Notes under the pieces: generated by a model
Databases searched by the model: none
Told to the model about the DNA's origin: nothing
What the model saw: only the letters and a program-made list of their open reading frames with translations
In this document: positions 47,530 to 55,536 of the stretch, one piece after another
How the letters are laid out: each line of letters starts with the position of its first letter
Position numbering within the stretch: the stretch's first letter is position 1
NCBI GenBank assembly: GCA_013286575.1
Contig: JABDFL010000003.1
Location: forward strand, 12,196-76,195
Reading direction: 5' to 3'
Length of the DNA stretch: 64,000 nt
Source: Candidatus Omnitrophota bacterium
GTDB taxonomy: Bacteria > Omnitrophota > Gorgyraeia > Zapsychrales > Fredricksoniimonadaceae
Program-made: the position numbers and the translations under genes

Positions 47530-48306
47530 ATGGAAAAAATACAAAATAAATATAAAGTCCTCGTCAACGAAAAACTCTGCCCGAAGTATTGGCGCATGGT
47601 TTTTGATGCCCCTGACCTGGCTGCTGAGGTCAAGCCCGGCCAATTTATCCATATCCGAACTGACGAAGAAGGCCTGCAGCCCTTTTTCCGGCGTCCTTTT
47701 AGCGTTTATCGCACCAGGAAATATGTCGAGATTTTTTATGATGCGGTCGGCCCGGGCACCAAATTGCTTTCCTTAAAGAAGAAGGGCGATGCTATCGATG
47801 TATTAGGACCTTTGGGTACGCCATTCAAAATGCCTCCGCCGAGCACGAAACAGGTAATATTGATTGCCGGAGGCATCGGCATTGCCCCCATGCTTATTCT
47901 TTCCGATGTTTTAAAAAATAAAAAATACAATCTTGTCCTGCTCTTTGGCGGCCGCGACCGCGGGCATGTGTATCCGATGCAGGAGTTTAAGGACAATGGC
48001 GTCAAGGTGCATATTGCCACAGATGACGGTTCTGTCGGTGCCAAAGGGCGCATCAGCGTTTTGTTTGATAAGATTGAAAAGAAACCCGGACAGACATTTA
48101 TTTATACCTGCGGCCCCAATCCCATGATGAAAGCGGTACAGGATTTTGCCGGCCAGCATGGCATTGCAGGCCAGGCCGCTTGCGAGGAGATCATGGCCTG
48201 CGCCTTGGGTGCTTGTTTAGGCTGTTCCATTGAGACTAAAAATGGTTTTAAAACAGTGTGTTATGACGGCCCGGCGTTTGATCTGGACGAAGTGAAGTTT
48301 CATTAA
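47530..48306 (+). CDS. pyrK: dihydroorotate dehydrogenase electron transfer subunit
   Basis: I prefer the ATG at 47530 ('MEKIQNKYKVL...'). It has FAD/NAD-binding 'RRPFSV' and a C-terminal 2Fe-2S Cys cluster 'CALGACLGCS....CYDGP'. Confidence 0.85.
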   Translation: MEKIQNKYKVLVNEKLCPKYWRMVFDAPDLAAEVKPGQFIHIRTDEEGLQPFFRRPFSVYRTRKYVEIFYDAVGPGTKLLSLKKKGDAIDVLGPLGTPFKMPPPSTKQVILIAGGIGIAPMLILSDVLKNKKYNLVLLFGGRDRGHVYPMQEFKDNGVKVHIATDDGSVGAKGRISVLFDKIEKKPGQTFIYTCGPNPMMKAVQDFAGQHGIAGQAACEEIMACALGACLGCSIETKNGFKTVCYDGPAFDLDEVKFH

Positions 48307-48307
48307 T

Positions 48308-49213
48308 ATGAACATATCCGTTAAAATTGCTAATATCACTTTCCCAAACCCTGTGACGGTCGCTTCCGGCACCTTCGGCCATGCGGAGCGCTATTACAAT
48401 CTTGAGGAAGTCAAAAGGCTCGGGGCCATTGTGCCAAAGACGGTGACCTTTCATGCGCAGGCGGGCAATCCGCCGGTGCGTATTTTTGAAACACCGTCGG
48501 GCATGATCAATGCCATCGGCATTGAAAATCCCGGCATTGACGGCTTTATCGCCCGGAAACTGCCGGCCTTAAAGAAAATCGGCGTGCCTTTGATCATCAG
48601 CATTTTGGGGCATAATGAAGAACAGTTTACCGGTATCATTGAAAAATTGAATGCAGAAAGCGGCATCGCGGCGGTCGAATTAAATTTATCATGCCCTAAC
48701 CTTAAACATAAAGTTTTAGTGGCACAGGACCCCGAGGCGACGCTGCAGTTAGTCAGGAAAATCAAGGCGCTGTCTAAATTTCCCATCGTTGCCAAATTGT
48801 CGCCTAATGTGACGGACATCGCGGAAATCGCCCAGGCAGCTGAGGCGGGCGGTGCTGACGCGGTGAGTCTGGTCAATACGTTTACAGCCATGGCCATTGA
48901 CATCAAGAAACGTCAAAGCCGCATCGGGAATTTTACCGGCGGATTATCCGGCCCCGCCATCCGGCCCATCGCGGTTTATATGGTGCAGAAGGTGGCGTCC
49001 CAGGTTAAAATCCCTGTCATCGGCATGGGAGGCATCATGACAGCCGCAGATGCTTTGGAATTCTTGATCGCGGGAGCAACGATGATTGCCGTGGGCACGG
49101 GAAATTTTATCAATCCCCGCGCACCTGTTGATGTCCTGGAAGGGATTGAATCTTTTATGAAAGAAAATAAAATTGATGATATCCGTGAAATCATCGGAAG
49201 CTTAAAAATTTAG
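48308..49213 (+). CDS. pyrD: dihydroorotate dehydrogenase (class 1B) catalytic subunit
   Basis: This 301-aa protein has 'ELNLSCPN', 'VAKLSPNV' and 'IGMGGI'. Confidence 0.9.
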   Translation: MNISVKIANITFPNPVTVASGTFGHAERYYNLEEVKRLGAIVPKTVTFHAQAGNPPVRIFETPSGMINAIGIENPGIDGFIARKLPALKKIGVPLIISILGHNEEQFTGIIEKLNAESGIAAVELNLSCPNLKHKVLVAQDPEATLQLVRKIKALSKFPIVAKLSPNVTDIAEIAQAAEAGGADAVSLVNTFTAMAIDIKKRQSRIGNFTGGLSGPAIRPIAVYMVQKVASQVKIPVIGMGGIMTAADALEFLIAGATMIAVGTGNFINPRAPVDVLEGIESFMKENKIDDIREIIGSLKI

Positions 49214-49217
49214 TTTA

Positions 49218-49246
49218 CTGTCATTCCCGCGAAAGCGGGAATCCAG
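49218..49246 (+). repeat. type-2 hairpin repeat copy (pyrD-pyrF spacer)
   Basis: The sequence 'ctgtcattcccgcgaaagcgggaatccag' has a perfect 7-bp stem (ttcccgc/gcgggaa) with a GAAA loop. Confidence 0.85.
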
Positions 49247-49255
49247 TACAAGAAT

Positions 49256-49972
49256 ATGAAAAATTCAGCACAATTAATTCTTGCCTTAGACCTGGAAACT
49301 TTAGAAGAAGCCCGCAAGCTCATCGATGAGCTGGGGGATTCCGTTGAGATATTTAAAGTCGGCAGCCAGATGTTTACATCCCACGGCCCTTTTATCACCC
49401 GTTATTTGCAGGCCAAGGGGAAAAAAGTTTTCTTGGATTTGAAATTTCACGATATACCAAATACCGTGGCCTCAGCGGTCAAAAGTGCGGTGGGATTGAG
49501 CGTCAGCCCAAGCAGTGCTCCTGGGTTTGCCCCGCTTTTTATGCTGACAGTGCATACTGCCGGCGGCAAAGAAATGCTTGAAGCGGCAGTACAGGCAGGG
49601 CAGGCCCAAGCCAAGGCTTTGGGTGTAGAACGGCCTTTGATCGTCGGTGTTACTGTACTGACCAGCACAGCCAGAGATGCCAGTTTAGAAAGTTTGGTAC
49701 TGGAGCGCGCCCGCCTGGCCCGTCAGGCAGGCTTGGACGGGGTCGTGGCTTCTGTTGAAGAAGCAGCGAGTATCCGCCGGGAATTGGGCCCTGATTTTTT
49801 GATCGTGACGCCAGGCATCCGTCCTGCGGATGCATCTTTAAATGACCAGAAAAGGGTGGCGACACCTCAAGCAGCCATTAAACAGGGGAGTAATTTTTTA
49901 GTGGTAGGCCGTCCCATCATCCAAGCCGCTTCTCCACGCGAAGCTGCGTTAAAGATTTTGAAAGAGTTCTGA
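49256..49972 (+). CDS. pyrF: orotidine 5'-phosphate decarboxylase
   Basis: This 238-aa protein has 'LILALD', 'FLDLKFHDIPNTV' and 'LVVGRPI'. Confidence 0.9.
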   Translation: MKNSAQLILALDLETLEEARKLIDELGDSVEIFKVGSQMFTSHGPFITRYLQAKGKKVFLDLKFHDIPNTVASAVKSAVGLSVSPSSAPGFAPLFMLTVHTAGGKEMLEAAVQAGQAQAKALGVERPLIVGVTVLTSTARDASLESLVLERARLARQAGLDGVVASVEEAASIRRELGPDFLIVTPGIRPADASLNDQKRVATPQAAIKQGSNFLVVGRPIIQAASPREAALKILKEF

Positions 49973-49973
49973 T

Positions 49974-50011
49974 AGTGTCATTGTGAGGAACGAAGTGACG
50001 AAGCAATCTTT
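49974..50011 (+). repeat. type-1 palindromic repeat copy (pyrF-permease spacer)
   Basis: The sequence is 'gtgtcattgtgaggaacgaagtgacgaagcaatctttt'. Confidence 0.9.
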
Positions 50012-50023
50012 TAAGTTAAGCCA

Positions 50024-51478
50024 ATGAATCTCTTTATCAAGAAACCCATCAGTCAACTAGTCGAGTCCGCCGAAAGCGGGGAACACAAGTTGAAGCGTTC
50101 CCTGGGAGCGCTTAATTTAGTGTCCTTAGGCATCGGGGCCATTATCGGGGCCGGTCTTTTCACATTGACAGGTATCGCCGCGGCCCACAATGCCGGCCCT
50201 GCGGTAGTGCTTTCTTTTGTCGTGGCTGCCATCGGCTGTACCTTTGCCGGCATGTGTTACAGTGAACTTGCTTCCATGATCCCGGTGGCCGGCAGCGCGT
50301 ATACGTATGCCTATGCCACCATGGGCGAATTTATTGCCTGGATCATCGGCTGGGATTTGGTTTTAGAGTATGCTGTTGCATCGGCTGTCGTGGCCCAAGG
50401 CTGGTCCGGCTATGCTGTCTCTTTTTTAAGGGACGTAGGCCTCACCCTGCCGGCGCCATTGACGGCATGCCCCTTTGACATGGTGACATTGGCGGACGGC
50501 AGCCAGGTCCACGGCATTGTTAATATTCCGGCTGTCGGCATTATTGTGATCATTTCCCTATTACTGATGTTGGGTATCAAGGAATCTGCGGTGGTCAATG
50601 ATGTGATCGTGGTCATCAAACTGATCGTCGTCTTTACATTTATTGCCGTGGGGGTGCATTATATTAAGCCTGCCAATTATGTGCCTTTTATACCGCCTAA
50701 TACCGGGCATTTTGGGGAATTCGGCTTAAGCGGCGTCATGCGCGCGGCAGGGATCATCTTTTTTGCCTATATCGGTTTCGATACGGTATCAACGGCAGCG
50801 CAGGAAGCCCATCATCCCCAGAGGGACATTCCGCGGGGGATCATAGGGTCATTGTTTATCTGCACCATTATTTTTATTTTATTTTCCGCTGTTTTAACAG
50901 GCATGCTCAATTATAAAGCCATGAACGGGGACCCCGCACCGGTGGCCACGGCCATTAATATGACACCCTATCCGTGGCTTAAGGTGATGGTCAAATTGGG
51001 GATCATCGCGGGTTTGACTTCAGTGATCCTTGTCATGCTGCTCGGCCAGTCGCGCATCTTTTATGCGATGTCGCGCGACGGGCTTTTGCCCAAACTTTTT
51101 TCAGACATTCATCCTAAATGGCGCACCCCGTGGCTGTCAAACCTGCTGTTCATGGTTTTTACAGGTTTTTTTGCCGGGCTTTTCCCGATCTCCAAATTAG
51201 GGAACATGACATCCATCGGCACCTTATTGGCCTTTATCATCGTCTGCGCCGGGGTCATGATTTTGCGCTACAGCCGGCCTGAAATACCAAGGAGTTTTAA
51301 GTGCCCGTGTTTTCCCATGTTCCCGATGCTGGGCATTTTTGTATGCCTGGCGATGATGACCTCGCTGGATTCAGAGACCTGGTGGCGCCTGGTCATCTGG
51401 CTTGCCATTGGTTTGATTATTTATTTTACTTATAGCCGTTTTAATAGTAGGCTTAGTGTCATTGCGAGGAGCCCGTAG
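50024..51478 (+). CDS. APC-family amino acid permease
   Basis: This 484-aa protein has about 12 TM helices and N-terminal 'LKRSLGALNLVSLGIGAIIGAGLF', typical of cationic amino-acid/APC transporters. Its last 7 codons and stop lie inside a type-1 repeat. Confidence 0.85.
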   Translation: MNLFIKKPISQLVESAESGEHKLKRSLGALNLVSLGIGAIIGAGLFTLTGIAAAHNAGPAVVLSFVVAAIGCTFAGMCYSELASMIPVAGSAYTYAYATMGEFIAWIIGWDLVLEYAVASAVVAQGWSGYAVSFLRDVGLTLPAPLTACPFDMVTLADGSQVHGIVNIPAVGIIVIISLLLMLGIKESAVVNDVIVVIKLIVVFTFIAVGVHYIKPANYVPFIPPNTGHFGEFGLSGVMRAAGIIFFAYIGFDTVSTAAQEAHHPQRDIPRGIIGSLFICTIIFILFSAVLTGMLNYKAMNGDPAPVATAINMTPYPWLKVMVKLGIIAGLTSVILVMLLGQSRIFYAMSRDGLLPKLFSDIHPKWRTPWLSNLLFMVFTGFFAGLFPISKLGNMTSIGTLLAFIIVCAGVMILRYSRPEIPRSFKCPCFPMFPMLGIFVCLAMMTSLDSETWWRLVIWLAIGLIIYFTYSRFNSRLSVIARSP

Positions 51479-51497
51479 GGCGACGAAGCAATCTTTT
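51456..51497 (+). repeat. type-1 palindromic repeat copy overlapping the permease 3' end
   Basis: The sequence is 'gtgtcattgcgaggagcccgtagggcgacgaagcaatctttt'. It encodes '...SVIARSP*' and contains an inner GCCC-gta-GGGC hairpin. Confidence 0.9.
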
Positions 51498-51506
51498 TAA
51501 AATTAC

Positions 51507-51583
51507 GGGCAAGTAGCTCAACTGGTTAGAGCAATTGACTTACATTCAATAGGCTGAGGGTTCAAGTCCTTCCTTGCCCACCA
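51507..51583 (+). tRNA. tRNA-Val (anticodon TAC)
   Basis: I folded it by hand. The acceptor is GGGCAAG/CTTGCCC, the D stem is GCTC/GAGC, the anticodon stem is ATTGA/TCAAT and the loop is CTTACAT. It is 77 nt including an encoded CCA. Confidence 0.9.
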
Positions 51584-51635
51584 GTTTTTTGCTTTACAAA
51601 ATACCGAACACCGATTAAGATATCCCTTCATCTAC

Positions 51636-51712
51636 GGGGTCGTGGTGTAGCTGGTTAACACATCAGCTTGTCACGCTGAAGACCGCGAGTTCAAATCTCG
51701 TCGACCCCGCCA
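51636..51712 (+). tRNA. tRNA-Asp (anticodon GTC)
   Basis: I folded it by hand. The acceptor is GGGGTCG/CGACCCC, the D stem is GTGT/ACAC, the anticodon stem is TCAGC/GCTGA and the loop is TTGTCAC. It is 77 nt including an encoded CCA. Confidence 0.9.
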
Positions 51713-51722
51713 TTCATTTAAG

Positions 51723-51753
51723 CCTTCTCGTCACTGAGAAGGTTTTTTGTTTT
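51723..51753 (+). terminator. rho-independent terminator after tRNA-Asp
   Basis: It has a 7-bp stem (ccttctc/gagaagg), a 6-nt loop and then 'ttttttgtttt'. Confidence 0.75.
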
Positions 51754-52032
51754 TATACGATCTGTTATTGATTGCTATCTTTTTATATGTGATTTGACAT
51801 CAGATTGACACCATGGGAGGGGGATCAAATTGCCGAGTTTTTTATAGGATTTTGTGTGGTAGCCCTACTGTTGGTTTCTCGGAGTTTGTCTCAAAATGTT
51901 AGGTTATGGTCACATAGGGTACTGGACATGAGTTCGCAACATAGCTACTTTATGAAGGCCTTGGAAAAACATTTGGCGTCTTATGAGTGAAGGTGTAGAC
52001 TAATACATCAAGACTAAAAGGTTGGGAATTCG

Positions 52033-52476
52033 GTGAATAGAGAAATTTACATACGGGATGGTCGGGCCCCTATTCCCCAAAAAGCAATAACATCACGAAT
52101 AATGAGCGCTATTAAAGGAAAGAATACAAAACCTGAATTAGCGTTAAGAAAAGAACTGTGGCATTTAGGTATAAAGGGGTATAGGTTACATTGGAAAAAA
52201 GCCCCTGGCAGACCCGACATTTCTTTTCCTGGGAAAAAATTAGCTATTTTTGTCAACGGGTGCTTTTGGCATAGGTGTCCTAATTGTCAACCTCCACTAC
52301 CCAAAAATCATTCAAGATTCTGGAAAGAGAAATTCAAAAAGAATACTGTAAGAGATCAACAGAAGATAAAGCTTTTGATGGAACAAGATTGGGCAACATT
52401 AGAAATTTGGGAATGCCAAATTAAGAAAAAATTAAAAGCATGTGTCCATAAAGTGAAGAGGTTAATTGAAAAATGA
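52033..52476 (+). CDS. vsr: very short patch repair endonuclease Vsr
   Basis: This 147-aa protein uses a GTG start. 'TSRIMSAIKGKNTKPEL', 'PGRPDISFPGKKLAIFVNGCFWHRCPNC' is the Vsr signature. Confidence 0.9.
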   Translation: MNREIYIRDGRAPIPQKAITSRIMSAIKGKNTKPELALRKELWHLGIKGYRLHWKKAPGRPDISFPGKKLAIFVNGCFWHRCPNCQPPLPKNHSRFWKEKFKKNTVRDQQKIKLLMEQDWATLEIWECQIKKKLKACVHKVKRLIEK

Positions 52477-52507
52477 ATAAACTTGGAAGTACATGTAATT
52501 TAGCAAA

Positions 52508-54217
52508 ATGAAGAACCCTACTGTTATAGATATATTCTGCGGGGCAGGAGGATTTTCAGAAGGTTTTCGACAACAAGGGTTTGAAATTTTGTCGGGGATA
52601 GACCGTTGGGAACCAGCAATCAAAACGTTTAACCACAATTTTGGGCTTAATTGTTCAGTCAAGAATGTGCTCGATTTTGAGGATTCTATTGAAGAGATTG
52701 AAGCCCTGCCAGACACTGACATAATTATTGGAAGTCCTCCTTGTGTAACGTTCTCATCATCTAATATTTCGGGAAAAGCAGATAAGACAGCAGGCGTTAG
52801 GCTAACCAAGATTTTTTTAAGGATTGTAGCTGTAAAGAAATATAAGCCTAATACAAAACTTAAAGCTTGGTTTATGGAAAATGTAGCCAATTCTAGAAAT
52901 TATCTGAGTGCGTACTACACCTTTAAAGACCTTAATCTAACACAATGGGCTAAGGAACACCGATTGAGTCCAGACAAGAAGGCTATCATACTTCAAGATA
53001 ATCAACCTATTATAAATTCAGCGGATTATGGATCACCTCAAATTAGAAAAAGGGCAATATCAGGTGAGTTTATTAAGCAAGGTAAATTAATAATCCCCGC
53101 ACGTACACACAAAGCGCCTGATGAAGAAGTAAATTTGCCAGTGTATATCACTTTAGGAAAAGTTAAACAAAGTCTACCTAAACCGAACTCAACTAAAATC
53201 AGCGCATTGGTTATAGATCCATTATATCCAAGAATAAAAATAAAGGCATCTGAGCTCACAGATCATTTTTATGACACTGGTCTATTTAAATGTGAGTGGA
53301 GACAATCGCGTTATTTGAAAATTAACCACCCCTACATGGGGAAAATGTCATTCCCAGAGAATGAAGATAAACCAAGTAGAACAATAACAGCTACTAAAAT
53401 AGGTGCCTCGAGAGAGGGTATTATTTATCGATCAGAATTTGGTCGTAGAGGGCATGGTGAATATCGGACCCCAACAGTCCGTGAGTCTGCTTGCTTGATG
53501 GGGTTTCCTATTACGTATCAGTTTATAGGTAGTGAAGGAATAAAATGCAAACTAGTGGGCAATGCGGTTTGTCCCTCTGTGAGTCGAGCTTTTGCAAAAT
53601 TAAGTCGAGAAGAATTTAGATTAGCTGAAATAAAAGAATCTGTAATAAAAATTGAGCCAAATTTAAAAAATGTAAACAGCTTGAACAATCATTCCCCAAA
53701 GAGTTTCAATAACCAACCAAGCAGAAGTAAAGGCTCACGTTTTAGAAGGCACCCCTTCAAAGATGGAAATATAACAGTCACCCTTTCTAATTATGACATT
53801 GATAAAAATGAAAAAGAAGGAAGTCGATGGATAGCCTCTGTTCAGTATGGAACCGGTGAAGGTTTTCCAAGTTTTAATTATGTTGATGGATTTTATAAAG
53901 AAATCGAACCATTAATTAGAAGCGCCAAGAATGGTCAGAAATTTTTAAATATAATAAATAATGGGTATACCGATAAAATCGGAACTGCCAATGAACTTCA
54001 AGAAATGTATGAGATGCAACGATCAAAGAATGGATTATTAGAACCAATTGAACTAGTCGAGCAATTAGCAAGATTTATTCAAAATCTCGATGTCATGGAT
54101 GAAGTATTTGAACAGAACGGGCATGTCATTTTTAGGAATAAGCAAAAAATACCCGTAAAGCAGCTTTTTGCTCTTTACGCTATTAATAAAATTACCACAA
54201 CCGCAAACCAGGAATAA
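52508..54217 (+). CDS. DNA (cytosine-5)-methyltransferase with a ~190-aa C-terminal extension
   Basis: Motif I is 'DIFCGAGGFSEGF', IV is 'GSPPCVTFS', VI is 'MENVAN', VIII is 'PQIRKRA', followed by 'TVRESACLMGFP', and X is 'GNAVCPSVS' at about aa 350. The remaining ~190 aa are unassigned. Confidence 0.9.
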   Translation: MKNPTVIDIFCGAGGFSEGFRQQGFEILSGIDRWEPAIKTFNHNFGLNCSVKNVLDFEDSIEEIEALPDTDIIIGSPPCVTFSSSNISGKADKTAGVRLTKIFLRIVAVKKYKPNTKLKAWFMENVANSRNYLSAYYTFKDLNLTQWAKEHRLSPDKKAIILQDNQPIINSADYGSPQIRKRAISGEFIKQGKLIIPARTHKAPDEEVNLPVYITLGKVKQSLPKPNSTKISALVIDPLYPRIKIKASELTDHFYDTGLFKCEWRQSRYLKINHPYMGKMSFPENEDKPSRTITATKIGASREGIIYRSEFGRRGHGEYRTPTVRESACLMGFPITYQFIGSEGIKCKLVGNAVCPSVSRAFAKLSREEFRLAEIKESVIKIEPNLKNVNSLNNHSPKSFNNQPSRSKGSRFRRHPFKDGNITVTLSNYDIDKNEKEGSRWIASVQYGTGEGFPSFNYVDGFYKEIEPLIRSAKNGQKFLNIINNGYTDKIGTANELQEMYEMQRSKNGLLEPIELVEQLARFIQNLDVMDEVFEQNGHVIFRNKQKIPVKQLFALYAINKITTTANQE

Positions 54218-54222
54218 AAATT

Positions 54223-55536
54223 ATGGAAAAAGAAAAACGCATTGAATATTTTTCGAAGATTTTGAAAGAAAAAACAGCGTATGGTTCTATGGAGGTATGG
54301 TATAAAAATGACCGACGTAAAATGTCAGTTTACGAGATAGATTTGGAGTATTTGGTGTATAACCGGTTTAATGGAAGGATAGCGAGTTTTGTTAAATCAT
54401 ACGAAAAGCAGACTGGTAATGAGCTTGATCCTACTGATCCAAAGGATATAAAAACAATAGAGACATTTCTTTGGAATTCGAATGAACCTAGTAATAAAGG
54501 TACAAAGAAAAGTATTAAAGAACAAGGTCAGCTTAAATACGGCATTGTAACCAAGGATGGCGTTATTATTGATGGTAATAGGCGAGCTATGATTTTGAAG
54601 CAAGCCTATGAAGAATCTAAAGAAAGTCCAAGATATTTTAGAGCCGTTGTTTTAGAAGAAACTTTGGATGAAAATCCAAAGGAAATAATGCGTCTTGAGA
54701 CAACCTATCAAATGGGAGAAGATGCTAAAGTTGATTACAATGCAATTGAAAAATATTTGAAATGTGCGGATTTGGAAAGCTATAAATTTACTATTGAAGA
54801 AATTGCTAAAATGATGGGGGAAACGACATCCAAAATTAAAGAATATATATCAATAATGAAGTTAATGAATGAATATTTGAAAAAATTAAATTACACAGGT
54901 ATTTACACTCGACTAGATAAAACTGAAGGGGCTTTTGTTGATCTTAATAGTTATTTGGATCGCTATGGTGGTTACAAATCCACAATGATTTTGTGGAACT
55001 ACAAAGATAGCGATTTAAATGATCTTAAACTTATTTATTTTGATTACATTAGGGGAATTTACAATAGAACAAAAGCAGCCGCAAGCGATAGCGGAGACTC
55101 CAAAGATTATAGGTTTATTGGGCAAACTAGTAAGAAAGGCAGTTTTTTTAGCAATAAAGAAGTATGGGATGGCTTCAGAGACAAACACTTTGAGCAGATC
55201 GATTCCATTGAAGAGCCTACGATTGAGAAGTTAAGAGAACAGAATCCAACTCAAAATTTGGATACACTTCTTAAAGGCAGAGATGAACTTTGGGCTAAAC
55301 ACGCAGATTCACATTTAAAAAAGAATATGGGGTTATCCCGGGAAGCCCTTGATAATTTGAATAAGAAAAATGAACCGCTTGAATTGTTACAGAGTGCCAT
55401 GAGTAAGTTAGAATCTATAAATACCAAATCAAAAGCATTCTTTGAAGATCCAGACGTTCTGAAGTGGGTTAAAGCAATAAATAGTATTACTTATGACTTT
55501 AAAAAGACCCTAGAAAAACATGGTAAGTCTAAATGA
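54223..55536 (+). CDS. ParB/Srx-fold N-terminal domain + HTH protein
   Basis: This 437-aa protein has 'LEYLVYNRFNGRI' and 'IKEQGQLKYGIVTKDGVIIDGNRRAMILKQA', which follow the ParB N-domain pattern (SI...G...P..V.....iidG.RR..A). An HTH-like 'FTIEEIAKMMGETTSKIKEYISIMKL' follows. Confidence 0.65.
   Translation: MEKEKRIEYFSKILKEKTAYGSMEVWYKNDRRKMSVYEIDLEYLVYNRFNGRIASFVKSYEKQTGNELDPTDPKDIKTIETFLWNSNEPSNKGTKKSIKEQGQLKYGIVTKDGVIIDGNRRAMILKQAYEESKESPRYFRAVVLEETLDENPKEIMRLETTYQMGEDAKVDYNAIEKYLKCADLESYKFTIEEIAKMMGETTSKIKEYISIMKLMNEYLKKLNYTGIYTRLDKTEGAFVDLNSYLDRYGGYKSTMILWNYKDSDLNDLKLIYFDYIRGIYNRTKAAASDSGDSKDYRFIGQTSKKGSFFSNKEVWDGFRDKHFEQIDSIEEPTIEKLREQNPTQNLDTLLKGRDELWAKHADSHLKKNMGLSREALDNLNKKNEPLELLQSAMSKLESINTKSKAFFEDPDVLKWVKAINSITYDFKKTLEKHGKSK

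Noticed and set aside
51805-51990. 61-aa ORF between tRNA-Asp and vsr
   Set aside because: It uses a TTG start without a convincing RBS, has no motifs and lies in the likely island junction. I treat this region as non-coding.
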